Below are positions 52,838 through 63,149 of a DNA stretch of 64,000 nt, piece by piece. Made by a program: the position numbers and the translations under genes. This DNA is from Dudresnaya verticillata (lineage: Eukaryota). The first letter of the stretch is position 1, and each line of letters opens with the position of its first letter. The stretch is taken from the NCBI GenBank assembly GCA_977862235.1, contig OZ374561.1, positions 2,170,001 to 2,234,000 on the forward strand, written 5' to 3'. The notes below the pieces were generated by a model that did not search any database, was not told the origin of the DNA, and saw only the letters and a list, made by a program, of their open reading frames with translations.

Positions 52838-55312
52838 TCAATCCTTGAGTATATCCTCTTTTAGGTCTTGAAGTCCCCCATCTTCCTGGCTCCTGTTCTT
52901 TGCGTCTCTCATAGGACCTGTATCCTCTCTCGATCTAGAGGGGGATTCGTCATCGCTGTTGTCACTGCTCACGTCCGAGAAGATGAAATCCTCATCTGTT
53001 CCATTCCGCTCTTTGTCAAGTTCTGGTACTGATTCCTCAATCTTCCGAACTTCTTCTAGCTCGGCAAATTTGTTCTTTTTTGGTCCTTTTCTTTCGGCTG
53101 CAGTGGCTTCTTTGGTAAACTTGTGTCTCTCAGTTAGCTCCAAGCCAATCCTTTGACTGTCCTTCTCATACGTTTTCTCCTGGGCCATCTTACCCAGTTC
53201 AGGTGCAGCAGTTTCGTTATCTTTGATAGAGCCATAGGCATCGTCTCTATCCTCATCAGGGTTTTGTGTATCTGCGCTTCCCGGATCAATCTCAATTGTA
53301 GTCAGGTCGTCATTGACAACTTTCACTGCTTCATCATTAGCTTTGGACTTCTCGTTTGTGGGCTTGTCTTCAGTCTCTCCGACTTTGTCAGCGTAGTCAT
53401 CTGAGATACGTGCAACTTCCTTGCCAGCCTCTAGTATTCCCTTGTCCTTGGTTGCGACCCAAGCGACGCAGTCAGCATGTGTGTTCTGAACCGTGCCATC
53501 CGTGACTGTCATTCTGTCAAAATAACATGTCGATCCTGCCGCACACTTGTCGTCTGAGGTTTTCCATGCAGTGTTAGTTTCTGTTACACTCCCATCAGAT
53601 CCATCCTGGCTATGGGAAGCCCAGACATCTCTTGATGTGGACTGATCAGACCCAGCTTCATTCGTGAGCTGGCCTTCTGGTTTCCGCAAAGATTCGTTCT
53701 CGGCATCACCCTGTGGCAAGGGCCTGTCCCAGCTTGTTTTTCTCCTCTCACGGAATGCGCTCCGTTCTCTGCGCCCGGTTCGAGATTTCATCGATGCCTT
53801 CTCGGCTTGCGCAGGTTGGTTTGTATCGGAAGCAGTCACTTGTTTGCTAACCTCAGATATTTGGTCCACATTCTGGGTCATAGTTGGTGCCCATGCTTCC
53901 CACAGGGCTGAAGCCATACGCCTGACCGGTTCAGTTTGCTCACTAATCTGTTTAGCGTATGGGTCAACGACAGACCGAAGGCTTGTGTAGTGGGGCTTAA
54001 GATAATCAATTCCTTGACGCATTGGTGGCCTGGTACTTCGTTGCACCGCACTCAGGAGTGGCTCCATATACGGCTCTGCTTGCTTGCGTTTCTTCAGCAG
54101 CTTCTCCGGCAAGTGTTGGTCTTCCGCTGCCAGTACAGCAAACAATGCGACGACCAATGTACTAATCCAAAAGAAAATTTTAAAGACCCGGCGCCAGTTT
54201 GTAGGCCGGCGTGTTGGCCATACTGCCACTGTGTAGTCAGCAGAAGAGGTCAGTAGGTATGTTCCGGACTCTGTAAACCGCATTGCAGTGACAGGCAAAA
54301 CATGCGGTGGCGGAGGAGGCCTGAACAAGTGATGACCAGGTTCCGTACTCCATGCTTTCGAGAAGAATGCTCCAGTCCAGTGAAAGACAGAGACATGGCC
54401 CTCTGACGAGCTGACGGCCACAATATCAGCGTTACTGTTGATGGTGAATGCGGTCAAAGCATCAGTGCTTGCTTTAACGCTTGCTACAGGTCCCCAATTT
54501 CCACCATCGGGGCTCGGTGAGCGCCAAGCAGCGATCCAGCCACCTTTCCGTGGGTTACTCTCAGCTGTAAAGATGAGAGATGGCTGGGACGGGGCGAATC
54601 GGATGGCGCGAACATGAGTGCGCATCTCCTTCGGCATGACTGCGTTAATCTCCTGAACGAGCTCTCCGGTGTCTGCGCGGCAGATATATGCAGTGCGGTC
54701 GCGCGCTGTGGTGGCTATCAGCTCTCCATTCGCTGTGATGGATAGGTCAGTGACGCCCTGTGTGTGCAATCGCTTTCCAAGTAGCATCTCGCGGTGCGGG
54801 AGCTGCAACACGGTGACATGGCCCTCATCGGAAGCAACCACGAGTCGGTTTCCGTCCTTGGAGACCGCGACGGCAGTTTGCTCTAGCGTGGTGTGAACTT
54901 GCAAGTCATGCATAAAGGACGATTCAGGTGCGAGGTGTTTCGGAGGATGGAACAGGAAGTTCTTGTAGCCAGGTCCTATTACGGCTGTAATGGTGGCACC
55001 ATGTGTTGCCAATGCGACTGGCGCGTCCGCGAGGCAAATACTTGCTTGTCTCGACAGTGTGCATGAGCGATCATCGAAGAAGACCACCTCCTGTTGCACG
55101 AGCAGATGAAGCGCGAAAAAGCGAACGAAAGTTAGATATGCTACGAACAATACGCTCGCCGCTTTGCAGGAGGAGTGGCGGAGACGTACACAAGCGTTTG
55201 GAATTCCGCTCTTCATGCGGCCTCCGCCGCCCGCGACTGCAACGCTGCCGTCGTCTAGGAGGTCCATTGCGTAGACAGGATACTCGAACGCGATGCGAGT
55301 AGCCGGCTCCAT
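52838..55312 (-). CDS. SEC12: SEC12/PREB-like WD40 Sar1 GEF with a TM helix and long acidic luminal tail; probable 99-bp intron 55189-55091 (791 aa spliced)
   Basis: YPVYA...AGGGG..KSGIPN (Sec12 K-loop), WD40 repeats, H.LPVT...F...LLTSSAD, followed by TM segment IFFWISTLVVALFAVLA. Confidence 0.85.
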   Translation of the reverse strand: MEPATRIAFEYPVYAMDLLDDGSVAVAGGGGRMKSGIPNACVRLRHSSCKAASVLFVAYLTFVRFFALHLLVQQEVVFFDDRSCTLSRQASICLADAPVALATHGATITAVIGPGYKNFLFHPPKHLAPESSFMHDLQVHTTLEQTAVAVSKDGNRLVVASDEGHVTVLQLPHREMLLGKRLHTQGVTDLSITANGELIATTARDRTAYICRADTGELVQEINAVMPKEMRTHVRAIRFAPSQPSLIFTAESNPRKGGWIAAWRSPSPDGGNWGPVASVKASTDALTAFTINSNADIVAVSSSEGHVSVFHWTGAFFSKAWSTEPGHHLFRPPPPPHVLPVTAMRFTESGTYLLTSSADYTVAVWPTRRPTNWRRVFKIFFWISTLVVALFAVLAAEDQHLPEKLLKKRKQAEPYMEPLLSAVQRSTRPPMRQGIDYLKPHYTSLRSVVDPYAKQISEQTEPVRRMASALWEAWAPTMTQNVDQISEVSKQVTASDTNQPAQAEKASMKSRTGRRERSAFRERRKTSWDRPLPQGDAENESLRKPEGQLTNEAGSDQSTSRDVWASHSQDGSDGSVTETNTAWKTSDDKCAAGSTCYFDRMTVTDGTVQNTHADCVAWVATKDKGILEAGKEVARISDDYADKVGETEDKPTNEKSKANDEAVKVVNDDLTTIEIDPGSADTQNPDEDRDDAYGSIKDNETAAPELGKMAQEKTYEKDSQRIGLELTERHKFTKEATAAERKGPKKNKFAELEEVRKIEESVPELDKERNGTDEDFIFSDVSSDNSDDESPSRSREDTGPMRDAKNRSQEDGGLQDLKEDILKD

Positions 55313-55726
55313 GGCAGCAATGTGCCAGTAGGCGAGGGTTGTGCGGATTCGAGCGGAGGTCCTAGTGAGAGTTGTCGAGAGCGGGAGGAGGGCGGAACCG
55401 GGCTGGCGGTGCCGCCGCGAAGTACAACAGAGGCCTTGACGGACTCATGTGAGTCTCTGAACAGCTGCTGCACAACTGGATGTGCACAGTCAATCGAAGG
55501 CGGGTCGCTATGGATCATAACGTGCGCCGTTTCGTTTTGCCCAATCGCCACGCAGAACGCTTCTCCGCGCAGCATGTCAATAATGTTGACATGAATCCAT
55601 CGCGTGCCTCCACAGAAGGCCAACCAATTTCGTTCCAAACAGCGCCACTTTCACACTCTCACATGACCCGTGTCTAGCCTACCATCACCTCGGCCAGTCT
55701 CGGCCGAAGCGCCGAGGTCCTTTGCG

Positions 55727-58700
55727 ATGGACCTACACCTGCGCTTCATAGCGACGCACCCGCGCGCAGGTGGGGGCCACGCTCTAACGACATTTGCGTT
55801 CTCTTCGCGCCATGCCCGCCTGGTCACTGCGGCAGCAGACCTGCTGATCGACCAGAGCACGTCGACCAACGCGCTGCGCGCCGTCATCCGTTTGTCCGCT
55901 CGCGTTGAGAAACTGGTTTACGTTGGTGGCAGTGGAGCCTTTCTCGCATTTCTGGAGAACGGATTCGTTGCGTCCTATGCAGAGCACACGTCGGGGCTCC
56001 GACTTGTACAGGAGCGACGTATTGGTGGTGCGGACCGGTCCGTTGCGTTAGCGGAGGGCGCAAAGTTTGGAAGTTTTGCGCTCTTTGCCAAGGCTGATAG
56101 TCCTAGTCTTTGGTGCCTCCCGGTTGCGGATGGAGGGGGTCTGGGAGATCCCTTCAAGCTCAGGGGTGATATCGAAGGGGAGCAGGAGAATGTTAATTTC
56201 GTCGGGGGTGTGTTTGCCAAGGTGAGGGGAAAGGTTGCTACTAAGGCTAAGGACCGAGTCTGTCCCATTGTAGCTGTCGCAACACATCCCATGCTCTCAT
56301 TTGTTGCAGCCGCCTACACGAATGGGATTATTCGCGTTTGGGACATCAACAAAAAACAGCAACGCAGCCACTTCGATGCCCAGCTGCTAATGGGCGAAAA
56401 AGTTGTCGAGAGCTCCATGCATCCTTCCTTACCGGTTGTGGTACTATGTACAAACCAAGGAAGGATCCTGTCTTTTTTCATCAAAAGTGCTTTGTACAGA
56501 CGCGGCGATGAGCCACAGCTTGCGACATCGAAGACCAGAGATCGAAAGCGTCGCTTTCGAGCAATGTGTTTTTTGCCTGGAAGCCCCTCATATCTGCTTT
56601 TGTTGACAGCGTCACGAAGGATCCTCACGAGGCGGATCAACAAATCTGGTATGGTTGTGAATAGCAGCCGATATGCCAGAGCATCGAGACCGCTATCTGT
56701 TACACAAAGCGCTGTGATCGCAACATCACTTTCAGCTGCAATGGAAGATGTCGTGGAGAGTGTCAGTGATGACGAACGCCATGTTAGCTTACTTTGTGAG
56801 CCGGCCTTTGGATTGATTGCGACTACGCTGGATAATAGCGGCAATGTGTATGTATTCCAGTCTAGGCAAGATGGGTTGCCAGGAATTCGAAATCCCATAA
56901 GCTGCGGCGTTGATACAGGCTTTTCCCGCACCCCCGGAAACGCATTCAAGGGTCCGGTGATGTTGAACGCTGATTCCCTAGTTGTACAACGAGGCTCATT
57001 GTTCTCATACCAGTTAAGCTCTGAAAAGGCCGTACAGTTGTGTCAACTGCCACCAGGTGATGCGCACAGGATAGAAGTCGCAAGGGATGAGTATGGTTAT
57101 TGCCAGGCTGCAGTTATATTCTATAGCGGAGATGATGAGGTTAGCGCGGCATATGGAGTTTCTGAAAGTGAACCGATTGCGCGATACGTTTTGTGTACGA
57201 GGCGTGGTGCAGGGGAGGCTTGGAACGCAGCTGAGCCGGGTGAAGGACGCTCGGGATGCTTCTTGAATGCGCCTGGCCAGCATGATCGCATAATGATCAT
57301 AGGAACCGCTGGTACGATGGCTTCTATTTTGTCATTTGCGGGATCTCCACGACAGGAAGGAGGAATGCCCGCCCGTCAGAGTCGCGGAGTACAGCGTTTC
57401 AAGTTTGATGGAAAGAGGGCGGTGAAGGTTTTCCGTACACCGTTTTCATCGTGGACAGCTGTGTTATACCATGACGCAGAAAACAGAAAGCTCTGTATTT
57501 CAAGCAATGCATTTGAACGACGCCGTGATGAGCGGGAATCCCGTAGTGTGGCAGAAGAATTTGCAATGGATGAGGGAACTGCGTTTTCGCTGTACGGAAA
57601 GGAGGTAGTCATTGATGTACGATGGCAACGGCTACCTACTCGCCCAGAGTATGAACACTTTCTAGGAGCCTTTCTAACAGACAAACGTATATACTTTGTC
57701 CGTGACATTCTAGAACCTCTGACTGTATTTGACTTTCAGAGAATCGAAAGAGTGGTTGTTCCATTCGCTCCACCGTCATTCTCCTGGATGGGACCGTCGG
57801 TAATGATGGTCTTTGGCAACTGTTTGCTTTCAGTAACTATGGATGGTAGGTCAGACGTGATTGCTGGACTAAGCCACGGAGAAAACGTCACGGCCTTGGT
57901 GGCAACCCTTCCAGACCGTGTTGTTTACGCTCGACCGTCACCTGTCCACGCGATGAACGCGATATCTATCGCATCTCGGCCGTATTGTGCGATGTCTGGA
58001 CTCATCCGAGGAATGCTCAATTTACCAACCTCTCGTACTCCAGATATGTCGCGGCAAGTGGAGAAGGTCAGGCATGTATTAGAGAGCCAAGACGTCTCTC
58101 AGGGTTCACTTGAACTAACGAAGGCATTAATAGGCCACGAGTTGGCCCCAGTTGCGTACCTGCTTGGCGTATCTGAACAAGGGCAGTATAGCATGCCACC
58201 TTTGAAGAGAGCTGGATTTCTTGGTCGGATGGGAGATATTCGGGGTGCCCTCGCAATCGCTGAGTCTGAGTACGCGAGACTCCCAGATGCAAGTGCGTTT
58301 CATGAAGGCACGGAATTATACAGGTTACTTCAACGCGTTCTTAATATGGCCTTCGCGTCACGGGATTTTGCTGTTGGACACCGCTGCTCAGCACTCTTGG
58401 GACGCAAGGGAACATTTTCTTCGTTTATCGACATGGAAGGTGGATATGCGGCGATCCGCTCTGTTGCAGAGTTCGCACAAGCACATGGAAACCATAATAT
58501 TAGCGATGTCCTGAGACCGCTCATTGCGAAGAGTGCAAAGAGTAGTGTGGCTATTGATTCTTCTATGATACCCTCTCCGCGTGAGTTGGACAACATTCGA
58601 AGAGCAATCCAATCTGTGAATCTATCTTCAATACCTCTAGGGTCTGAAGACAAGTGCCACATGTTCATGAATTCAGAACCGGGCGTTGACCCTGCCGGTA

Positions 58701-59806
58701 ACCCCGTTCAACCATCTCAACAGGTTATCGAGACTGTCGCGCCTACACAAGTGAGTGAGCGACTTGAGATGTTTCCTCAGGAAATTGCAATTGATCTCAC
58801 ATCAAGCACTGATACTGGATACAATGAGTTGGCAGAAGGCGTTGAAGCCGTCGACCTGAAGGTGCCTGATACTTTACTCATTGAAAGCGGAGCGGGAGAT
58901 CATCTGCGACCTGGGCAGGTCGCTGATTCTTCAGACGATGAAGACCTGTTCACAACTGGCCCAACCGTGACTGATGCGGGCGGAGCCCTGTCTGCAGGTG
59001 ACCCAAACGCTGAACTCAGTGAGGCGGCGAAGGAACAAGCTGAGGAAACACACCGACTCATTCAGCAGCAAAAGCAGTCCACAACATCATTTCTGCAGCG
59101 GTCGAGTGCGCAGACGCATGCAGTGTTGCAAGGACAACGGAACGCTGCTCTAACTGGAGCTGCATCCCCAGCTTTGCGTGCTGCAGAAATCCGGGATCGT
59201 GGCCTGCAAAAGCTGGACGAATCCCGTCTTGACTCAGCGAGGAAGGATTTTGACTCAGCACTTCGCAACATTCTGCGTGGACGGCAGCGAGGGATTTCCT
59301 GCCCTCCAGAACTAATCCAAGAGCTTGTCTTCTACAAACTGTTCGCTAAGGTGCTCTACGCGTTGGATGAGATTCAAAGCAGTGAGCATGCAGGGACGAT
59401 GGCTGGCCGAATGACATACCTGCAGCTCGCGACAGCTACAACGAGTATCCCTCTGCGTCCGACCCATCGTGTTCAGGCGCTGATTACTGCGACGGATGCC
59501 AATATCATCTTAGGTAATTTTGGGGCCGCTGCACAAGGTATGCAGACCATCAAGGAGATTGGGGTACCCAGCGAAAATGTGCGAGTGTCGCTCCGTGAAA
59601 AGTACTCTCTCTGCTCTGCAAAGGGCTTTACAAATTCCATGGCTATTGGCATGCCGAGGATATGCTTTCATTCGCTCAAGATTATTCCTCCGGGAACAAG
59701 AGAGCTTCGCTGCAACACTTGCCCCGCTAGAATGTTGACGGATGTCGGTCTCTTTGTGGGGAATGAGTGCTCCAGTTGCAAAGTCGGGGTTGTGGCTCTA
59801 GCGTAA
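55727..59806 (+). CDS. TWD40-1: TWD40-1/TTRAY1-like subunit of the TPLATE/TSET coat complex (1359 aa)
   Basis: Two beta-propeller regions (PIVAVATHPMLSFVAAAYTNGIIRVWDI; VIDVRWQ; WMGP; LVATLPDR), an alpha-solenoid, and an alpha-COP-like C-terminus ending in C..C...C..C. Start taken at ATG 55727. Confidence 0.75.
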   Translation: MDLHLRFIATHPRAGGGHALTTFAFSSRHARLVTAAADLLIDQSTSTNALRAVIRLSARVEKLVYVGGSGAFLAFLENGFVASYAEHTSGLRLVQERRIGGADRSVALAEGAKFGSFALFAKADSPSLWCLPVADGGGLGDPFKLRGDIEGEQENVNFVGGVFAKVRGKVATKAKDRVCPIVAVATHPMLSFVAAAYTNGIIRVWDINKKQQRSHFDAQLLMGEKVVESSMHPSLPVVVLCTNQGRILSFFIKSALYRRGDEPQLATSKTRDRKRRFRAMCFLPGSPSYLLLLTASRRILTRRINKSGMVVNSSRYARASRPLSVTQSAVIATSLSAAMEDVVESVSDDERHVSLLCEPAFGLIATTLDNSGNVYVFQSRQDGLPGIRNPISCGVDTGFSRTPGNAFKGPVMLNADSLVVQRGSLFSYQLSSEKAVQLCQLPPGDAHRIEVARDEYGYCQAAVIFYSGDDEVSAAYGVSESEPIARYVLCTRRGAGEAWNAAEPGEGRSGCFLNAPGQHDRIMIIGTAGTMASILSFAGSPRQEGGMPARQSRGVQRFKFDGKRAVKVFRTPFSSWTAVLYHDAENRKLCISSNAFERRRDERESRSVAEEFAMDEGTAFSLYGKEVVIDVRWQRLPTRPEYEHFLGAFLTDKRIYFVRDILEPLTVFDFQRIERVVVPFAPPSFSWMGPSVMMVFGNCLLSVTMDGRSDVIAGLSHGENVTALVATLPDRVVYARPSPVHAMNAISIASRPYCAMSGLIRGMLNLPTSRTPDMSRQVEKVRHVLESQDVSQGSLELTKALIGHELAPVAYLLGVSEQGQYSMPPLKRAGFLGRMGDIRGALAIAESEYARLPDASAFHEGTELYRLLQRVLNMAFASRDFAVGHRCSALLGRKGTFSSFIDMEGGYAAIRSVAEFAQAHGNHNISDVLRPLIAKSAKSSVAIDSSMIPSPRELDNIRRAIQSVNLSSIPLGSEDKCHMFMNSEPGVDPAGNPVQPSQQVIETVAPTQVSERLEMFPQEIAIDLTSSTDTGYNELAEGVEAVDLKVPDTLLIESGAGDHLRPGQVADSSDDEDLFTTGPTVTDAGGALSAGDPNAELSEAAKEQAEETHRLIQQQKQSTTSFLQRSSAQTHAVLQGQRNAALTGAASPALRAAEIRDRGLQKLDESRLDSARKDFDSALRNILRGRQRGISCPPELIQELVFYKLFAKVLYALDEIQSSEHAGTMAGRMTYLQLATATTSIPLRPTHRVQALITATDANIILGNFGAAAQGMQTIKEIGVPSENVRVSLREKYSLCSAKGFTNSMAIGMPRICFHSLKIIPPGTRELRCNTCPARMLTDVGLFVGNECSSCKVGVVALA

Positions 59807-60280
59807 GACGAACCCCCAGCGATGGATGCGGAGATGACTTGCGGTGTAGAGCACAGAGTTGTACTACTGTCGACAGTCGACATGGACGGTTACGGCGTCT
59901 GGCGACAACGCGACAGTGCCAAGCGCCGATGCTGAGGACTGCGCAGCGCGCAGTTCGCAGCGCGCAGTTCCTCAAGGAGAGAAAGTGCCCGAAGTAAGAA
60001 GAATGCTCCGACAAACGCGAAGATTTTGAAAAAAGAAATTCCGCGCAGCTGCACGCTGTCATCCTTGTTTTGCTGTGGGTGACTTGGCGCTCGACGAGCC
60101 CGGCCACTTGGTGCATCAGGTGAGGTACCGCGGCAAACGTGCTCCCTCGCGGCGATTGCCACCGCCCCCGAGTCAATCCTTCCGTCCTTCTCATCACTCG
60201 TGTATAGCTCCCATCCTTCTGTCTCGTTACCATTGCGATCTATCCGCGCCAGGCCGCCTCGCGCGCCGCGTTGCGCCGCC

Positions 60281-61624
60281 ATGGCGCCACCGAGCCACAA
60301 CTCCACTGCCTCCGACACCGTGCTGCCTGGCTCGCCGCTTCCCACGGACTCCCGCACTCGACCGGACGCTCTCGACCCACAGGAACTCGACGAGGCTGGC
60401 CTGGATGACCCAACTCAACAGCTTGTCGATGTCTTTGTCAACAGGCCACCCGACCAGAAGTCTGGTGCCGCTGACGACCCAGACAATCCGGCGAACAACC
60501 TGCAGTATCCCGAAGATCATCCTGCTGCTGCCGAAGAGCATGACGAAGCTACTGGCTTATCTCAGGAAGTGGACGACCAAACCGCAGCTCCGCAGGATGA
60601 CGACCCCGCAGACCACGTCGGCCCCGACGAAGACCACACAGCTGTAGATATTGAGGAAGCCGCTGCAGATGTCGGTGCGAACGATGCAACCGACGCGGAA
60701 ACCGCGACGGTGGCAGCTGCCGCGACAGTGGGGCAAGAAGCCACTGTGGACGGGATTCCTGATGTGGTTCAAAGTCCGCCCTCCCCCCTTCGCGATGACG
60801 CCACTGGCGCCGCTGGTGTCGAGGAAGCGGTAGCCGACGCACCTCCACAAGCGACAGAGGAAGCACCAACCACTACAAGAAAGGAAAACAAACAGTCTCG
60901 GATAAAGGCGGAGAAGGTGCATCGTGCTTCCAGGGCACAAGCGGTTTCTGGAGCTTCCGCTGCTGCGATGGCTGTGGCTGTGGCATCATCAGGTGCTGCC
61001 TCTGCGACAGTGCCGTCATTGCCCTTAACTGCTGGGATTGCGCACCCAGCCGCAGCGTATCCGTTTCCGGGACTTGCGAATGGAGCAGCTCTGATGCCAC
61101 ATCCACTGGTGTCGGTGACAACTCAGGTGGGGCGGCGTGCAGTTCGCATTGCGCCTATGGGTGTTTTGCCTCTTCCGCCGCAGAACGGGGCTGGGGGAAC
61201 TGCACTAATGGCAGATTTGTCGGGCGCGGCTGCGGGATTGCTAGGAAGCGTGACCGGCGGACCCGGATCTGGAGATGGTAGTGATGGGATGGGCGGAGTG
61301 GGGGCAGTGGGCGGGTCTGGGACGGGGACGATCGGGGAAATGAGGAAGGGGAAGCGACGCGGGATGACGGGAGGTGTTAGTGGGGTGATCCCAGAGGGGC
61401 TGACAGCGGAGGAGCGAACAAAGCAGAAACGGATGTTGCGGAACCGGGAAAGCGCGGCGCGATCTCGCGACAAGAGAAAGAGCCGTAACATGAAGCTGGA
61501 GAACTCTATCAAGACACATACGGAAAAGCGAAAGACGGTGGAGGGATGTGTGGAGGAACTGACTGCAATTGTTGTGGAGATGAAAGAGGTGCTCAAGAAG
61601 CACAAGGTGGAGGTTCCTGGATGA
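60281..61624 (+). CDS. bZIP transcription factor (447 aa)
   Basis: Basic region KQKRMLRNRESAARSRDKRK followed by a heptad zipper; acidic N-terminus. Confidence 0.9.
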   Translation: MAPPSHNSTASDTVLPGSPLPTDSRTRPDALDPQELDEAGLDDPTQQLVDVFVNRPPDQKSGAADDPDNPANNLQYPEDHPAAAEEHDEATGLSQEVDDQTAAPQDDDPADHVGPDEDHTAVDIEEAAADVGANDATDAETATVAAAATVGQEATVDGIPDVVQSPPSPLRDDATGAAGVEEAVADAPPQATEEAPTTTRKENKQSRIKAEKVHRASRAQAVSGASAAAMAVAVASSGAASATVPSLPLTAGIAHPAAAYPFPGLANGAALMPHPLVSVTTQVGRRAVRIAPMGVLPLPPQNGAGGTALMADLSGAAAGLLGSVTGGPGSGDGSDGMGGVGAVGGSGTGTIGEMRKGKRRGMTGGVSGVIPEGLTAEERTKQKRMLRNRESAARSRDKRKSRNMKLENSIKTHTEKRKTVEGCVEELTAIVVEMKEVLKKHKVEVPG

Positions 61625-63010
61625 GGGTTGTGAGGGCATGTTGTGGATGCGAAGTGGTTTTGGCACACGAGTTGGTTGTGTTTATGTATATAATATGCTG
61701 GGACGTCGGCGGTACGGTGAAGATAAAGAGTGTTACTAACAAGATGCTTGGGGACGCGGGCGGTTGTAGTCCGGGTTTCGCTGTGTGCAAAGGAAAGACC
61801 TGGGCGGGAGCAGGCATGTATTTACCCTAGAGTAGGATAACCCTTTGTGGCGACACTTTGCTCTTCATACTCCACGGCGTGCTTCTGGCGCACCACGCAT
61901 CCACAACGGCAGAAGGATTGCGAACAGCCAACGGCATGGCGGCAAGTGGAGACGGCAGCTGTGGAGTAATCGCGCGAAGGCAACTGTGTGACGGTTACCG
62001 AAGAGGAAGTCTTGCTCCCTTTTGCATATTACTGTAATAGCCCGCTTGTCAAATATACGACAGCTGGCCCCCTGCCGGGCTGGGACGGATATCGGCCCCG
62101 GGGCTGAGCCGAGGTCCGATACAGTGTTTGCTCTAGTTCATTAGCCCCGGGCACTCATCACCGCCCTCGTCAGCAGAGAAGTGGACCGCATGACAAGGAT
62201 TCCGACCAAAACATCCGGATCGCAGTCGAAGCCCTGACAAGACGGCATGCCATAGTCGCGGCCATTCGCGCACGTGCGCCCGCGGTGCGCCAGTCCGCAC
62301 GACGGCGGCCAGGCAACGGCAGGCGACCGCCCGCTGTTGACCGCGCAACATCCGCGTGCACACTGCTCTCGGTGTAAGACACTGTAATTAGATACTGTAA
62401 CCCTAGATGATTCCCGACAGCCGTCCATACGACGTGACCGGTTCCTGCGGGATAAGTATCCCGCTGGCCGCCACGGTCATCCCCTCGACAGTCTTCCCCA
62501 TCATTCTACTCTACAGTAAACCCCGCTTCTCCAACACTGGGAAAAACATTCTGTCGGAGTGACACTGTAAGCCGTTGGCTGTGCGCTGATTTGTTGATGC
62601 ACAGTTCGTCCTCCCGACGTCAGCTTTCCGCGTGCGTGCCGAATTCGACTCTCTCTAGCACAGGCACATGCATCGCGCAGGCCGTGAAGCAGGTACTGGT
62701 ACTGTTAACAACTGTACATACAGTAGTAGCCGCTTACGCGCGGCAGGTCTCGTTGCACACGTCACAAGGGTCTGCCCGAAAAAAAAAAATGGAGATCCAG
62801 CAGCGGAGACTCCGCGTGTCCACGGCGCGGCACCGGGCCGCCAGAGCGGTCCCCGGGCTGCGCCCATCGCGCGGCTCGCACACGCCAACCTCCCGCCATC
62901 CGCACTCCGCATCGCCCGCTGCGCCCTTCTTGCACATCTGCCCGCACGCAGTTCCATTCCGCCTGTCTGCCCGTCTGCGTCCGAGTGCACCAGTTGCCTG
63001 TCAGCCCTCC

Positions 63011-63042
<32 letters not shown>

Positions 63043-63052
63043 GCCGCCGCCG
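63011..63052. repeat. (CCG)n trinucleotide repeat in the presumed 5' leader
   Basis: About 14 CCG units with one CCA interruption. Confidence 0.9.
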
Positions 63053-63149
63053 CAGTCGACACCTCCGCGAAAGGATGTGCTAGCTCCGGGCCGAGCCCGC
63101 AGCTCCGCACCCACCCGCACGCAACTCTACCCCCGCTCCCCCTCCCAAC

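Noticed and set aside
62095..62151. Stem CCCGGGGCTGA/TTAGCCCCGGG enclosing CAGTGT as an iron-responsive element
   Set aside because: The bases flanking CAGTGT do not form the 5-bp upper stem, it lies about 1 kb from the ATG, and GC-rich stems arise easily by chance.
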